From NCBI GenBank assembly GCA_044229975.1, contig JBGARZ010000010.1:128001-192000 (forward strand): 64,000 nt of DNA, written 5' to 3'. Below are positions 38,561 to 48,902 of the stretch, in pieces. The translations under genes were made by a program, and so were the position numbers. Each line of letters starts with the position of its first letter. Position 1 is the first letter of the stretch. Source of the stretch: Polyangiales bacterium (GTDB lineage Bacteria; Myxococcota_A; Polyangia; Polyangiales; Ga0077539). A model generated the notes under the pieces. It saw only the letters and a list, made by a program, of their open reading frames with translations. It did no database searches and had not been told where the DNA came from.

Positions 38561-41395
38561 CTACCGAAACTGCCCGCACACGTCCGGGTCGAACGCCCCG
38601 CCGATGCGTGACGGCACCGGCACCTCCATCGTCCGGTCGTCGATGCTCAGCAGAAACGCGATCACCTGCCGCAGCCGCATCACCCCGCCCGCGCCCTCGA
38701 ACATCCCCGTCGGCGCGTACACGTCACGGTGCGTCGCGAACCTCGCGCCGAGCGCCTCTTCCAGCGTTCGCGCGTTGCCCGCGTGGAAGTACGGCGCCCC
38801 GTGCGCCACGCCCGCCAGCGGCGGCGGGTTGAACCCCGTCGCGCCCTGTGACGCCGCGCTCATGTTGGCGCGCACCTCCAGCACGTCCACGCCCGACGGC
38901 GCCACGCCCGCGCCCATCGCCCACGTTCCCACGTTGCGCAGCGCGCACGCGAGCTGATCGTTGGCCGCATCAAACGGCGACAACCGATACGTCCCGCCCT
39001 CCGTGAAGAGACCCGTCGGTGACCCCGATGGGCGCGTCCAGCGTCGTGTGATGAGCGCTCCCGTCATCCGATCGTTGTTGGCCGCGCTCGGCACATAGAA
39101 CCGCCGCGACAGGCTCCAATGCGCCCCGCCGTGGCACCCGTCGCAGCCGGCCTGCGCGAAGACCATGCGGCCCTCCGCGATGTCCGCGGCGCTCCCTACC
39201 TCCGGGCCACGCGGCGTGCGAATCGCCCGCACGTATTGCCCGATCAGCGTCCAGTCTTCCAACACCCCGCGCGGCGTCCCCATGCCCGTCGGTGTCGCGA
39301 TGGAGTCGATGGAACCCGACAGTCCGTCCTGCCGATCGCTGGTGGCCTGTTGCGGCCCGGCGGGCGTCGTCCCATCGAAGACGATGCGGTCTCCATTGGA
39401 CAACCGCGGCGGCATCGCGCCGTCGTTGACCCGGTGAACCACGGCGCCGACGCCACCCGAATTGCCGCGTGCATTGAGCTCGAAATCCGCCAGCTCATCG
39501 AACACCGCCGTCCAGTTCATGATGCGGGGAGCGCCCGTCGCGTCGAGCGTCGCGTCGAGCGAGATCGTCTGCCGCGGGCCGCGCCCGAAGAACCACGTCA
39601 CGTTGTCCGTCAGCCCGTCGGGGTGACAGGACTCACATGAGTTCCAGCCTTGTCCCTTGAGCGACCAGCGGCCGAGGCCCGTGACGAAGAGCCGTCGACC
39701 GTCCGCCGCCTGCGCCGCCGCGCCCGTCGGGGCTGCGCTCGACTCCACCACCGCGGTGACCTTCTGCGACGTTCCTGGTCCGCCGCCGCTCAGGGTGACC
39801 ACCGCCACGTTGCGCGTGTGCTCCTGCACCGTGACCGCCGTCGCGCCCGCCGAGGTCATCGCGATGCCGTAGGGCAGCCGCGCGGCAGAGAGCGTCGCGC
39901 CCATTGGATTCACCGGCGCGCCCAGGTCGACGAAGGGTGGCAGCACCGGCATCGCCATCGCGGGGTTGCCCACCTCGGCGAGTGCCCCGGAGGCCGTGAA
40001 GCGCACCCGGAAGAGCGCGTCGCTGCCTTCGCCGACCACCCACGCCACCGTCGACCCCGCCGTGCTTCCACCGACGAGCGGTTGGAAGGCGATGTCGACG
40101 GGCAGCAAGGGATAGCGCCGCGTGGCGTCGTCGGGCGTGCCGCGACCCTCGTAGAGCGCGAAGAAGCGCGCGTTGAGCAGAACCCGCTGCGACGCGAGCT
40201 CGCTGCCGTTGTTGGCGTCGAGGACGAAGATCGCGCCGGTGTGCTGCGTGCGGAAGTTGAGCAGCGTCGGGTCGAGCGGCGGGACCATCGGCGCACCGCC
40301 GTCATCAGGCACCGCGGCATCGACGGGTGCGACCCCACCGTCGGTGGGAGCGGGCGGCGCGGCGGGGCCGACGGGGCCGCGCGGTGACTCGCAGAGGGCC
40401 GTCACGTAGACGCGACCGAAGGCCACGGCGACGGACGAGAGCTGGTTGGGGAAACACCCCGCGACGGAGCCATCCGCGCTGCGAAAGCCGAGATCGGCCG
40501 CGGCGGAGATGGTGGTCGCATCGAGCATGCGGGTGTTGAGCGGATAGCGGTACACGACGCCGACGCGGTCTTGATCGAAGCGCTCGACTCCCGCCGGACC
40601 AGGCGTGGTGCGGCGCTGCGCGAAGTACTCGGTGACGTAGAGCGTCTCGTCGGACTCGTCCTCGTCGCCGTCGTTGGTGACGACGAGGGCGCGCGGGTGG
40701 GCGAGGCCGTGGCGGCTCGCGGCGTCGGCGCCGAGGAAGCCGCCGCGCACGAGCGTCGCGTTGAGGTCGAGCGTGTCGCTCACGGCGAGGGTGGCGGCGT
40801 CGAGGATGGAGACGGTTCCTTCGCCCCAGTTGGCGACGAAGATGCGGCGGCCGTTGGGGCTGAGCGCGACGCCCGTCGGCTCGGCGCCCACGCGCGTACG
40901 GGTCGCGGAGAGCGAGGGCGTGCCGCGGAGGTCGTCGATGCGGGCGAGCTGTCCTTCGCGGCGCAGCGCGACGTACGCGGTGTTGCCGTCGGGGGAGATG
41001 GCGACGGACCACGGCTCGCTGCCCTCGCCGGTGCTCACCTCGGCGGTGCGCGTCGCGGTGGCGGGCGGGCCCGCGGTGAGCGCGAAGATCGAGACGCTGT
41101 GGGCGCTGCGGTTGGCGACGACGGCGAGGTGATCGTCGCCGGAGATGGCGACGGCGGACGATCGGCTGGGGCCCGCGAGCAGCGTGCGCGAGGGCGGGAC
41201 GTCCGCGGGCAGAACATCGACGCCGCTGTCGACGGGGGAGGGGATGTCGATGAACTGCGTGTCGACGGTGACGTCCCGAACGACGTCGGTGATGGGGAGA
41301 TCGTCGGCGGCGTCGGGGGGTGCTCCGACGACGGACTGCCCGAGCGAACAACCGAGCGCACCGACGAGGAGGCCGAGACCGAGGACACGCGTCAC
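38561..41395 (-). CDS. Lipoprotein with YncE/YVTN beta-propeller and di-heme cytochrome c (peroxidase-like) domain
   Basis: Lipobox ALGC; SPDG/SPNG propeller repeats; CESCH and CDGCH; PYFHAG. Confidence 0.8.
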   Translation of the reverse strand: MTRVLGLGLLVGALGCSLGQSVVGAPPDAADDLPITDVVRDVTVDTQFIDIPSPVDSGVDVLPADVPPSRTLLAGPSRSSAVAISGDDHLAVVANRSAHSVSIFALTAGPPATATRTAEVSTGEGSEPWSVAISPDGNTAYVALRREGQLARIDDLRGTPSLSATRTRVGAEPTGVALSPNGRRIFVANWGEGTVSILDAATLAVSDTLDLNATLVRGGFLGADAASRHGLAHPRALVVTNDGDEDESDETLYVTEYFAQRRTTPGPAGVERFDQDRVGVVYRYPLNTRMLDATTISAAADLGFRSADGSVAGCFPNQLSSVAVAFGRVYVTALCESPRGPVGPAAPPAPTDGGVAPVDAAVPDDGGAPMVPPLDPTLLNFRTQHTGAIFVLDANNGSELASQRVLLNARFFALYEGRGTPDDATRRYPLLPVDIAFQPLVGGSTAGSTVAWVVGEGSDALFRVRFTASGALAEVGNPAMAMPVLPPFVDLGAPVNPMGATLSAARLPYGIAMTSAGATAVTVQEHTRNVAVVTLSGGGPGTSQKVTAVVESSAAPTGAAAQAADGRRLFVTGLGRWSLKGQGWNSCESCHPDGLTDNVTWFFGRGPRQTISLDATLDATGAPRIMNWTAVFDELADFELNARGNSGGVGAVVHRVNDGAMPPRLSNGDRIVFDGTTPAGPQQATSDRQDGLSGSIDSIATPTGMGTPRGVLEDWTLIGQYVRAIRTPRGPEVGSAADIAEGRMVFAQAGCDGCHGGAHWSLSRRFYVPSAANNDRMTGALITRRWTRPSGSPTGLFTEGGTYRLSPFDAANDQLACALRNVGTWAMGAGVAPSGVDVLEVRANMSAASQGATGFNPPPLAGVAHGAPYFHAGNARTLEEALGARFATHRDVYAPTGMFEGAGGVMRLRQVIAFLLSIDDRTMEVPVPSRIGGAFDPDVCGQFR

Positions 41396-41444
41396 GCACC
41401 GCAAGGTATCCCGCCGCGCGTGGCCGCTGCTAGAACACGGTCAT

Positions 41445-42020
41445 ATGGCCATCCGGAAGATCGCCCACATCGGTCACCCCATCCTCCGCCAGCGCGCGCG
41501 GGAGGTGAGCCTCGACGAGCTGCGGAGCACAGGGTTTCAGCGCCTCATCGATGACCTCGTGGAGACCATGCGCGACGCCAACGGTGCGGGCCTCGCGGCG
41601 ACGCAGATCTACGAGCCGGTGCGGGTGTGCGCGCTCGAGGTCAACAACAACCCGCGGTACCCGTACAAGCCGAAGATCCCGCTGACGGTGCTGGTCAACC
41701 CGGTGATCGAGCTGCGCACCGACGAGCGCTTCGACAACTACGAGGGGTGCCTGTCGGTTCCGGGCTTTCGGGGTGTGGCGCCGCGCGCGACGGAGATTCG
41801 CGTGACGGCCCTGGACCGTGAGGGCAACCCCATCGACCGCATCGTGCGGGGACTGACGGCGGGGACGTACCAGCACGAGGTCGACCACCTCGACGGGCTG
41901 CTCTTCGTCGATCGCATGGTCGACCCGAAGACCTTCACGACGTGGGGGGAGTTCGAGCGCTACCACCAGGCGGCCTTCGTCGAGCGGGCGAAGGCGCTGG
42001 TGGCCCGCTACGGGGAGTGA
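41445..42020 (+). CDS. def: Peptide deformylase
   Basis: GAGLAATQ, EGCLS, QHEVDHLDG. Confidence 0.95.
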   Translation: MAIRKIAHIGHPILRQRAREVSLDELRSTGFQRLIDDLVETMRDANGAGLAATQIYEPVRVCALEVNNNPRYPYKPKIPLTVLVNPVIELRTDERFDNYEGCLSVPGFRGVAPRATEIRVTALDREGNPIDRIVRGLTAGTYQHEVDHLDGLLFVDRMVDPKTFTTWGEFERYHQAAFVERAKALVARYGE

Positions 42021-42026
42021 GGCGCT

Positions 42027-43199
42027 CTACCGCTGCGTGAAGGCCGCGCGCGTCGCGCCCCGCAGCGCCTCGTCGGTCAGGAACTCCGCGCCCGTCCTCG
42101 CCATCGCGCGGGCGGCGGTGAGCATGGTGTCCAGGCCCCGCTCGGCGCAGGCCGCGCGCGCAAACGCGTGCTGGTGGCAGAGCGTCTCGCCCACGTCGCA
42201 GATGGCCAGCCACGGGTGGATGGACGGAACCGCGTGCGAGATGTCGCCCATGTCCGTGCTGCCCATGCCGACGCGGTCATCGGTCTCGGCCGCGGGGCGA
42301 CCGAGGTCGGCCATGTGCGCGGCGAAGGCACGGGCGAGGGGGAGGTTGGTGACGAGGTCGCGGTAGCCCTTGCGGGCGTTGATGCCCACCTCGACGCCAG
42401 CGGCCATGGCACCCGCGCGGGCGCAGCGCTCGACGATGGCCCGCACCCGCGCGAGCTCGTCGAGGCTCCTGGCGCGCACCGAGAACTCACACGCCGCGCG
42501 CTCGGGGATGATGTTCACGGCCTGGCCGCCGTCGGTGATGTAGCCGTGGACACGAACGCCGTCGCGGAAGTGGACCCGCTGCGAGTCGACGAGGTGGAAG
42601 GTCTGGAGGCACGCGGTGAGGGCGCTGCTGCCGTCCCATGGGGCGACCGCGGCGTGGGAGGGGACGCCGGTGAAGGTCATCTCCAGCCAGAGGTTGGCGA
42701 GCGTTCCGTGGGCGACGAGGTCGCGGTCGAAGGGGTGGAACATCATCGCCGCGTCGACCCCCGCGAAGACGCCGGCATCGAGGAGCAGGGCCTTGCCGCC
42801 GCCGCCTTCTTCGGCGGGCGTTCCGACGAGGTCGACGGTGAAGCCGTGGGCCTCGGCCTGCGGGGCGAGCGCGAGAAACGCACCGACGGCGCCCGCCGCG
42901 ATGAGGTTGTGCCCGCAGGCGTGGCCGATCTCCGGGAGCGCGTCGTACTCGGCCAGGATGGCGAGGCGCGGACCGCCGCGACCCGCGCGTGCGCGGAGGG
43001 CCGTGGGGAGGCCGCCGAGGGGGCGCTCGACGGTGTGGCCGCGATGCGTGAGGACGTCGGCGATCCAGGAGGCGGCGCGGTGCTCCTCGAAGCGCAGCTC
43101 GGGGTGCGCGTGGATCTTCAGCGCGAGCTCGCGCAGCGAGGGGGAGTCCGCGTCGACGGCGCGGTCGAGGGCCTCGGCCAGGGTCGCGGGCAAGGTCAT
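42027..43199 (-). CDS. M20 family metallopeptidase/amidohydrolase
   Basis: HPELRFEE, EYDALP, HACGHN, PAEEGGGGK, GSTDMG. Confidence 0.9.
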   Translation of the reverse strand: MTLPATLAEALDRAVDADSPSLRELALKIHAHPELRFEEHRAASWIADVLTHRGHTVERPLGGLPTALRARAGRGGPRLAILAEYDALPEIGHACGHNLIAAGAVGAFLALAPQAEAHGFTVDLVGTPAEEGGGGKALLLDAGVFAGVDAAMMFHPFDRDLVAHGTLANLWLEMTFTGVPSHAAVAPWDGSSALTACLQTFHLVDSQRVHFRDGVRVHGYITDGGQAVNIIPERAACEFSVRARSLDELARVRAIVERCARAGAMAAGVEVGINARKGYRDLVTNLPLARAFAAHMADLGRPAAETDDRVGMGSTDMGDISHAVPSIHPWLAICDVGETLCHQHAFARAACAERGLDTMLTAARAMARTGAEFLTDEALRGATRAAFTQR

Positions 43200-43266
43200 G
43201 GTGCTTGCGTACACCAGCGGACGGGCGGTTGGCCATCGGGGCACGGAGGTGAGACCGTCCCCACCC

Positions 43267-44925
43267 GTGGGACTGCTCGACCCGACGCCTCCCCCCTACG
43301 ACGCGCTCGACTGGGTGCGAAAACCCCTTGGCGAGCGCGGCCGCATGGTCTGCGAAGCCTGGGCCCTCCAGGGCTACGGAACGCCCCCCGGCGTCTTCGC
43401 CTTCTACGCCCTCAAGCTCGCGATCTACATCGGCGCCTGGGTCTACTTCTGCTCGTTCTCCCCGTCGCTCGGTGGTCCCTCCACCATCGCCACCTGGGCG
43501 CTCTCCCCCGTGGCCTTCCAGAAGGCCATCACCTGGAGCCTCCTCTTCGAGGTGCTCGGCTTCGGCTGCGGCAGCGGTCCCCTCTCCGGCCGCTACCTCC
43601 CGCCCGTCGGCGGCTTCCTCTACTTCCTGCGTCGCAACACCACCAAGCTCCCGCTCTTCCCCGGTGCCCCCATCATCGGCGCGCCCACCCGCTCGCTCCT
43701 CGACGTCGCGCTCTACCTCGCGCTCGTCGTCGCCTCCATCCGCGCGCTCGTGGCGCCGCTGCCCGATGCCTCCCACTTCGCGCCCATCATCGTCCTCCTC
43801 GCGGCGCTCGGTGTGCTCGACAAGACCATCTTCCTCGCCGCCCGCGCCGAGCACTACTGGGTCACCCTCGTCTGCTTCGTCGCCTCACCCCTCCACTGGA
43901 TCGCCGGTGCCAAGGCGGTGCAGCTCGCGCTGTGGTTCTGGGCGGGCGTCTCCAAGCTCAACCACCACTTTCCCACCGTCGTCTGCGTGATGACCAGCAA
44001 CGGCCCGCTCACCCGCTTTCCCGCGCTGCGCCGTCGCATGTACCGCGCGTATCCCCACGACCTCCGCCCGTCGCGCCTCGCCACCCTCATGGGCCACGCC
44101 GGCACCGCGCTCGAACTCACCGTCCCCCTCGCCTTCCTCCTCACCCCGCTCGGAACTTCCCCCGTCGTCGCGGTGCTGCTCATGCTGGCACTGCACGCGT
44201 ACATCACCAGCCACGTCCCCATGGGCGTCCCCATCGAGTGGAACTTCCTCGTCGTCTATGGCGCCCTCGCGCTCTTCTGGGCGCACCCCGACGTGTCCGT
44301 TCTGTCCGTCGGTCTCTCTCCGCTCGCGGCCTTCCTCGCCGTCTGCCTCGTCGCGCTTCCCCTCGCGGGAAACCTCTTCCCGTCGCGCGTGTCGTTCCTG
44401 TTGGCGATGCGCTACTACGCGGGCAACTGGGCGTGGTCGATCTGGCTCTTCCGCGGTGAGTCCTACCGCAAGCTCGCGAAGCTCACCGTCAGCACCCCGT
44501 GGGTCTACGACCAGCTCGCGCGCTTCTACGACCGCGCCACCGCCGTCGGTCTCGTGGGCAAGGTCATGGGCTTCCGCATGATGCACCTGCACGGCCGCGC
44601 GCTACCCCACCTCGTGCCGCGCGCCGTCGACCGCCTCGAAGACTACGAGTGGCTCGACGGTGAAATCGTTGCGGGGTTGAGCCTCGGCTGGAACTTCGGC
44701 GAAGGCCACCTCCACCACGAGCAGCTCCTCGCGGCGATTCAAGCGCAGTGCGGCTTCGATGACGGTGAGCTCCGCTGCATCTTCGTCGAGTCACAGGCCC
44801 TCGGCGGCGACTCGCTCGCCTATCGCATCGTCGACGCGAAGACCGGCCCCATCGAGGCAGGCGAGCTACCCATCACCGATCTCAGGTCGGCCCAACCGTG
44901 GGCGACCGTGGTGTCTCCGCCGTGA
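43267..44925 (+). CDS. DUF3556-like integral membrane protein
   Basis: GYGTP, LFEVLGFGCGSGPL, SKLNHHF, PMGVPIEWN, MRYYAGNW, GWNFGEGHLH. Confidence 0.75.
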   Translation: MGLLDPTPPPYDALDWVRKPLGERGRMVCEAWALQGYGTPPGVFAFYALKLAIYIGAWVYFCSFSPSLGGPSTIATWALSPVAFQKAITWSLLFEVLGFGCGSGPLSGRYLPPVGGFLYFLRRNTTKLPLFPGAPIIGAPTRSLLDVALYLALVVASIRALVAPLPDASHFAPIIVLLAALGVLDKTIFLAARAEHYWVTLVCFVASPLHWIAGAKAVQLALWFWAGVSKLNHHFPTVVCVMTSNGPLTRFPALRRRMYRAYPHDLRPSRLATLMGHAGTALELTVPLAFLLTPLGTSPVVAVLLMLALHAYITSHVPMGVPIEWNFLVVYGALALFWAHPDVSVLSVGLSPLAAFLAVCLVALPLAGNLFPSRVSFLLAMRYYAGNWAWSIWLFRGESYRKLAKLTVSTPWVYDQLARFYDRATAVGLVGKVMGFRMMHLHGRALPHLVPRAVDRLEDYEWLDGEIVAGLSLGWNFGEGHLHHEQLLAAIQAQCGFDDGELRCIFVESQALGGDSLAYRIVDAKTGPIEAGELPITDLRSAQPWATVVSPP

Positions 44926-44965
44926 CAGCCCCGGGGGGAGGCCGCTACCATCTCGCCCAATCCCC

Positions 44966-45658
44966 GTGCTGAAGACCATCGAGAAGCTGAGGATCTGGTT
45001 CGTCGTTCGCTTCATCTGGTCGTCGCGGCAACGGATGGCCGATGCGATCCGCGGCTTTCAGGCGACCGAGGCCGACGGCGTCTGGCACCTGCACCGCGGG
45101 CTCAAGCGCATCAGCGACCCCAAGCAGCGCGCCATCGTCTTCACGCACAGCATCGAGGAAGAGTCGCACGCCGAGGAGTTCGCGCGCGTCTACCGCACCT
45201 ACTCCGACCGCGTGATGACCGCCGCGACCTACGAGCGCGAAGACCTCCAGCGGCCCACCGACGCGCTCTGGAAGACCTTCGCGTACGTCCACGTCGGCGA
45301 GGAAGACGCCACCGAGCGCTTCCGCCACCTGCGCGACGCCCTCGACGACGGCGAGCTCAAGTCCGCCCTCGGGCGCATCGTCGCCGACGAGGACACGCAC
45401 GTCGACCTCACCCACGACATGCTCATCGCCATGGGCGCCACCGACCCGGAGATTCGCCGCGAGGTGCTCAAGGTGCGCGTCTCGCGCCTCTGGGAGACGT
45501 GGCTGCGCTCGGGCAAGCGCGTCGTCGACGTCGTGGCCACTGGCCTGCTCAGCGCGGCGTACGTGGTGCTCGGTGTCTTCCTTGCCGAGCCCGCGCGGCG
45601 GAGGCTCAACAGCCGCGTGGTGGAGTTCGACAACAACCAGCTCAAGAGACTCGGATGA
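44966..45658 (+). CDS. Ferritin-like di-iron domain protein with C-terminal TM
   Basis: E...EESH...E...EDTH pattern; stop overlaps the next ATG. Confidence 0.7.
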   Translation: MLKTIEKLRIWFVVRFIWSSRQRMADAIRGFQATEADGVWHLHRGLKRISDPKQRAIVFTHSIEEESHAEEFARVYRTYSDRVMTAATYEREDLQRPTDALWKTFAYVHVGEEDATERFRHLRDALDDGELKSALGRIVADEDTHVDLTHDMLIAMGATDPEIRREVLKVRVSRLWETWLRSGKRVVDVVATGLLSAAYVVLGVFLAEPARRRLNSRVVEFDNNQLKRLG

Positions 45659-47484
45659 AGGTGCTCGGCGTCTCCTACGGCTATCACGACGCCTCGGCGT
45701 GCCTGGTGGTCGACGGCGCCGTCGTCGCGGCGGCCGCGGAGGAGCGCTTCACCCGCCAGAAGCACGACGCCAACTTCCCCACCTACGCCATCGAGGACTG
45801 CCTCGCGCGCGCCGGGCTCACCACCGCCGACCTCGATCAGGTCGTCTTCCACGAAGACCCGCACGCCAAGTTCTCGCGCGTGCTCTGCGCGGGCCTCGCC
45901 CCATTCCCCGGGTCACGCCGCGAGTTCGTCAACTCCACCAAGGCGTGGCTGGGACGGAAGCTCTGGTCGCTCAGCGCCATCTCGTCGCGCCTCGACCTCG
46001 ACCCCGACAAGGTCCGCTACCTCAGCCACCACTTCAGCCACGCCGTCCAGGCCTTCATGGGATCGGGCCACCACGAGGCCGCCGTGCTCGTCGTCGACGC
46101 CGTCGGCGACTGGGCCTGCTCTGCCCTCTTCTCGGGCAGGTGGGTCGACGGGGTTCCGCGCGTCGAGCGCGTGCTGGAGATCGCCTACCCCAACTCGCTC
46201 GGCCTCGTGTACTCGGCCTTCACCGCGTACCTCGGGTTCTCTCCCAACGACAGCGAGTGCAGCACCATGGCGCTCGCGGCCTTCGGCGAGCCCCGCTACG
46301 CCGATCAGGTGCGCGCCATCATCCGCGACGCCGAGGACACCTCGTACGAGGTCGACCAGCGCTACTTCCACTTCGCCAACTTCTACCAAGGGGCCGTCTC
46401 CAAGCGCTTCATCGAGGTGTTCGGCAAGCCGCGCGACTTCCGCGACCCGCTCCCCTTCGACGCCATCAACGGCGGCGGCGAGCACTCCGCCGACGCGCAG
46501 CGCTACGCCGACATCGCCGCGAGCCTCCAGCTCGTGCTCGAAGAGCAGGTGCTGCGGCTCTGCAAGATGCTGCACGAGAAGGTTCCGTCGGAGCACCTCT
46601 GCTACGCGGGCGGCGTGAGCCTCAACTGCGTCGCCAACCGTCGCATCCTGACGGAGACGCCCTTCAAGACGGTGTTCATTCCGCCCGACCCGGGTGACGG
46701 CGGAACCTCCGTCGGCAGCGCCCTCTACGCCGCCGCGTTGGGCGGTGGACTCTCGCCCGAGGCGACGCGCTACGGCGCCTACGTGGGCCCCGAGTACGAC
46801 CCGACCGACGACGTCGCGATGCTCGAACACATCAAGCCCGACCACATCCGCCGCTACCTCAAGCGCGGCGTGACGCGACCGAAGGGCATGACGTGGCGCC
46901 ACCGCCGCTACGACGACCCCGCGGCGCTGAGCGCAGACGTCGCGCATCGGCTCATGGGCAGGCAGATCGTGGGCTGGTTCCAGGGGCGCGCGGAGCTGGG
47001 GCCGAGGGCGCTGGGCAACCGGTCGATCCTCATCCGACCCGACGATCGCGCGCTCGCCGCGAGGCTCAGCCGGCACGTGAAGGACCGCGCGTCGTTTCGC
47101 CCCTACGCGCTCTCGATGCAGGCCGAGGCCGCGGCGGAGATTCTCGATCTCGCGGGGTCGGCGCCCGAGTCGTACCGGTGGATGCAGTTCGCGTCGCCGG
47201 TGCGCGCGGAGGTGCGCGAGCGGGTGGCGGCGGGCATCCACGTCGACGGAACCACGCGCCCGCAGGTGTGCCGCGCCGAGGACAACCCGGCGTACCACCG
47301 GCTGCTGGGGGCCTTCGGGGCGGAGTTCGGGCTGCCGACGCTGCTCAACACGAGCTTCAACCCGGCGGGCTATCCCATCGTGTCGACGCCGTCCGAGGCG
47401 CTGGTGATGTTCGCGCGCACGGACATGGACGCGCTGGTGCTCAACGACACGGTGATCTGGAAGGACGAAGGGGACGCGTCATGA
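45655..47484 (+). CDS. Carbamoyltransferase (NodU/CmcH/TobZ family)
   Basis: HDASA, EERF, HHFSHA, AGGVSLNCVAN, GPRALGNRS, HVDGTTRPQ, LNTSFN. Confidence 0.93.
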   Translation: MKVLGVSYGYHDASACLVVDGAVVAAAAEERFTRQKHDANFPTYAIEDCLARAGLTTADLDQVVFHEDPHAKFSRVLCAGLAPFPGSRREFVNSTKAWLGRKLWSLSAISSRLDLDPDKVRYLSHHFSHAVQAFMGSGHHEAAVLVVDAVGDWACSALFSGRWVDGVPRVERVLEIAYPNSLGLVYSAFTAYLGFSPNDSECSTMALAAFGEPRYADQVRAIIRDAEDTSYEVDQRYFHFANFYQGAVSKRFIEVFGKPRDFRDPLPFDAINGGGEHSADAQRYADIAASLQLVLEEQVLRLCKMLHEKVPSEHLCYAGGVSLNCVANRRILTETPFKTVFIPPDPGDGGTSVGSALYAAALGGGLSPEATRYGAYVGPEYDPTDDVAMLEHIKPDHIRRYLKRGVTRPKGMTWRHRRYDDPAALSADVAHRLMGRQIVGWFQGRAELGPRALGNRSILIRPDDRALAARLSRHVKDRASFRPYALSMQAEAAAEILDLAGSAPESYRWMQFASPVRAEVRERVAAGIHVDGTTRPQVCRAEDNPAYHRLLGAFGAEFGLPTLLNTSFNPAGYPIVSTPSEALVMFARTDMDALVLNDTVIWKDEGDAS

Positions 47485-47666
47485 AGCGCTGGTTCCATGG
47501 CGCGCAGGTGATCCTGCGGACGGTGGCGCGGACCTTCGGGACGCTGGTGTCGCAGCAGCTCGGGATGTTCGTGCCCTTCGTGGGCTTCCTGTTCCTGCTG
47601 GCGGGCGTGCTGTGGGTCATCAACGTGATCGCGCCGCTCGCGCCGTTTGTGTACTCGCTGTTTTGA
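47481..47666 (+). CDS. Small membrane protein, DUF5989/SxtK-like
   Basis: 61 aa, hydrophobic, ends APFVYSLF; ATGA overlap. Confidence 0.75.
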   Translation: MKRWFHGAQVILRTVARTFGTLVSQQLGMFVPFVGFLFLLAGVLWVINVIAPLAPFVYSLF

Positions 47667-47671
47667 CGGTG

Positions 47672-48820
47672 TCAGCGCGGTGAGCTCGGCGCCCCGATGC
47701 CCCGCCGCACCGCCTCGTTGAGCACCGCTGCGATGCGCTGGTGACCCGTCGCGTTGGGGTGCGCGAAGTCCATGCGCGCGTTGGTCTTCATGTAGCGCTC
47801 GAAGCGCTCGCCGCGAAACGCGTCGACCACCCGGATGGACTCCATGCCCGACTCGCGCGCGGTGCGGGCCACCTGGTCGTAGATGCGGTTGCACTGCGGG
47901 TCGGCGAAGTCCTCCAGCACAGGCAACACGGCCACCAGTGTTCCGAAGTGGTGCTGCTGACCGAGCAGCCGCAGCCGCTCGAAGGAGTTACGCACGATGA
48001 GGTCGAACGAGTACGCGTCATGAAAAGGAACAAACAGCGAGCACAGCGACCCCGTCGTCGCGACCTCCAGCATCGGTAGATAACGAAAGAGGTAGTAGCT
48101 GTCGCCGATGCGGCGGTAGGCGCCGTTTTGCAGCGTCGCGCTGGTGAGCATGTACGCCAGCACCACGAAGTCGGGCTCGTACTGCAACCCCACCTGCTCG
48201 AACAGCCTCACCTGCTGAACGGTGCTGTACCCCTCGCACGACACGTTGATGACCTCGACGCGCCGGCCGCCCGCGGCGCCCTGGAGCAGGCGCTCCAGCA
48301 CCTCGTGGAAGCGCGACTCGTACGGGATCGCACCATCGTTGGCGATGGAGCCCGTCAGCACCACCACGCGGTAGACGTCCGCGGGCTTCGGGATGGCGTG
48401 CTCGCGGTCCCACAGCCCGAGGTGGTTGATGGGCATCTGCCGGTGCGACCGGCGGTCGGCCTCGACCATCGCCCCCGGGCGGTACTGGTAGCGCAGCAGC
48501 CGGTCGCGCGTGACCATGATGCGGTCGCTCTCGTCGACGGGGCCGAACCGCGCACGCGCCTCCAGCAACAGCACCGCCACCACCACCGCCGACAACAACG
48601 CGCGAAGCCCGGTGCGCGCTCGCGGCCACCGCACGAAGCCGCTCAGCACGAAGAGCAGCGTCACCCCCACCGCGAACGGTCGAAACACGTCGGGCAGATA
48701 GAAGTCCGGGTCCGTCGCGGAGATGGCCCAGGCGTCGAGCGAGAGCAGCAACGCCAGCAGCAGGGCCGTCGTGCGGCCGCCGAAGTGCCAGAGCGGTGGT
48801 CGCGGGGCGGGCTCGGTCAT
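47672..48820 (-). CDS. Membrane-anchored SGNH/GDSL hydrolase-like protein
   Basis: N-terminal TMs; INHLG..RVVVLTGS, EVIN..GYST, DFAHPN..GH. Confidence 0.75.
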   Translation of the reverse strand: MTEPAPRPPLWHFGGRTTALLLALLLSLDAWAISATDPDFYLPDVFRPFAVGVTLLFVLSGFVRWPRARTGLRALLSAVVVAVLLLEARARFGPVDESDRIMVTRDRLLRYQYRPGAMVEADRRSHRQMPINHLGLWDREHAIPKPADVYRVVVLTGSIANDGAIPYESRFHEVLERLLQGAAGGRRVEVINVSCEGYSTVQQVRLFEQVGLQYEPDFVVLAYMLTSATLQNGAYRRIGDSYYLFRYLPMLEVATTGSLCSLFVPFHDAYSFDLIVRNSFERLRLLGQQHHFGTLVAVLPVLEDFADPQCNRIYDQVARTARESGMESIRVVDAFRGERFERYMKTNARMDFAHPNATGHQRIAAVLNEAVRRGIGAPSSPR

Positions 48821-48902
48821 CGGGTCACCACCCCAGAGGTCATACCGCGACGGTAGACGGCGAGGGTAGGTCCCGTGTAGCCCCGAAAGCCAACACCCGA
48901 CG

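Noticed and set aside
44966..48820. Saxitoxin biosynthesis
   Set aside because: Only sxtI/K/L-like generic genes are present; no sxtA/G/B-like core genes
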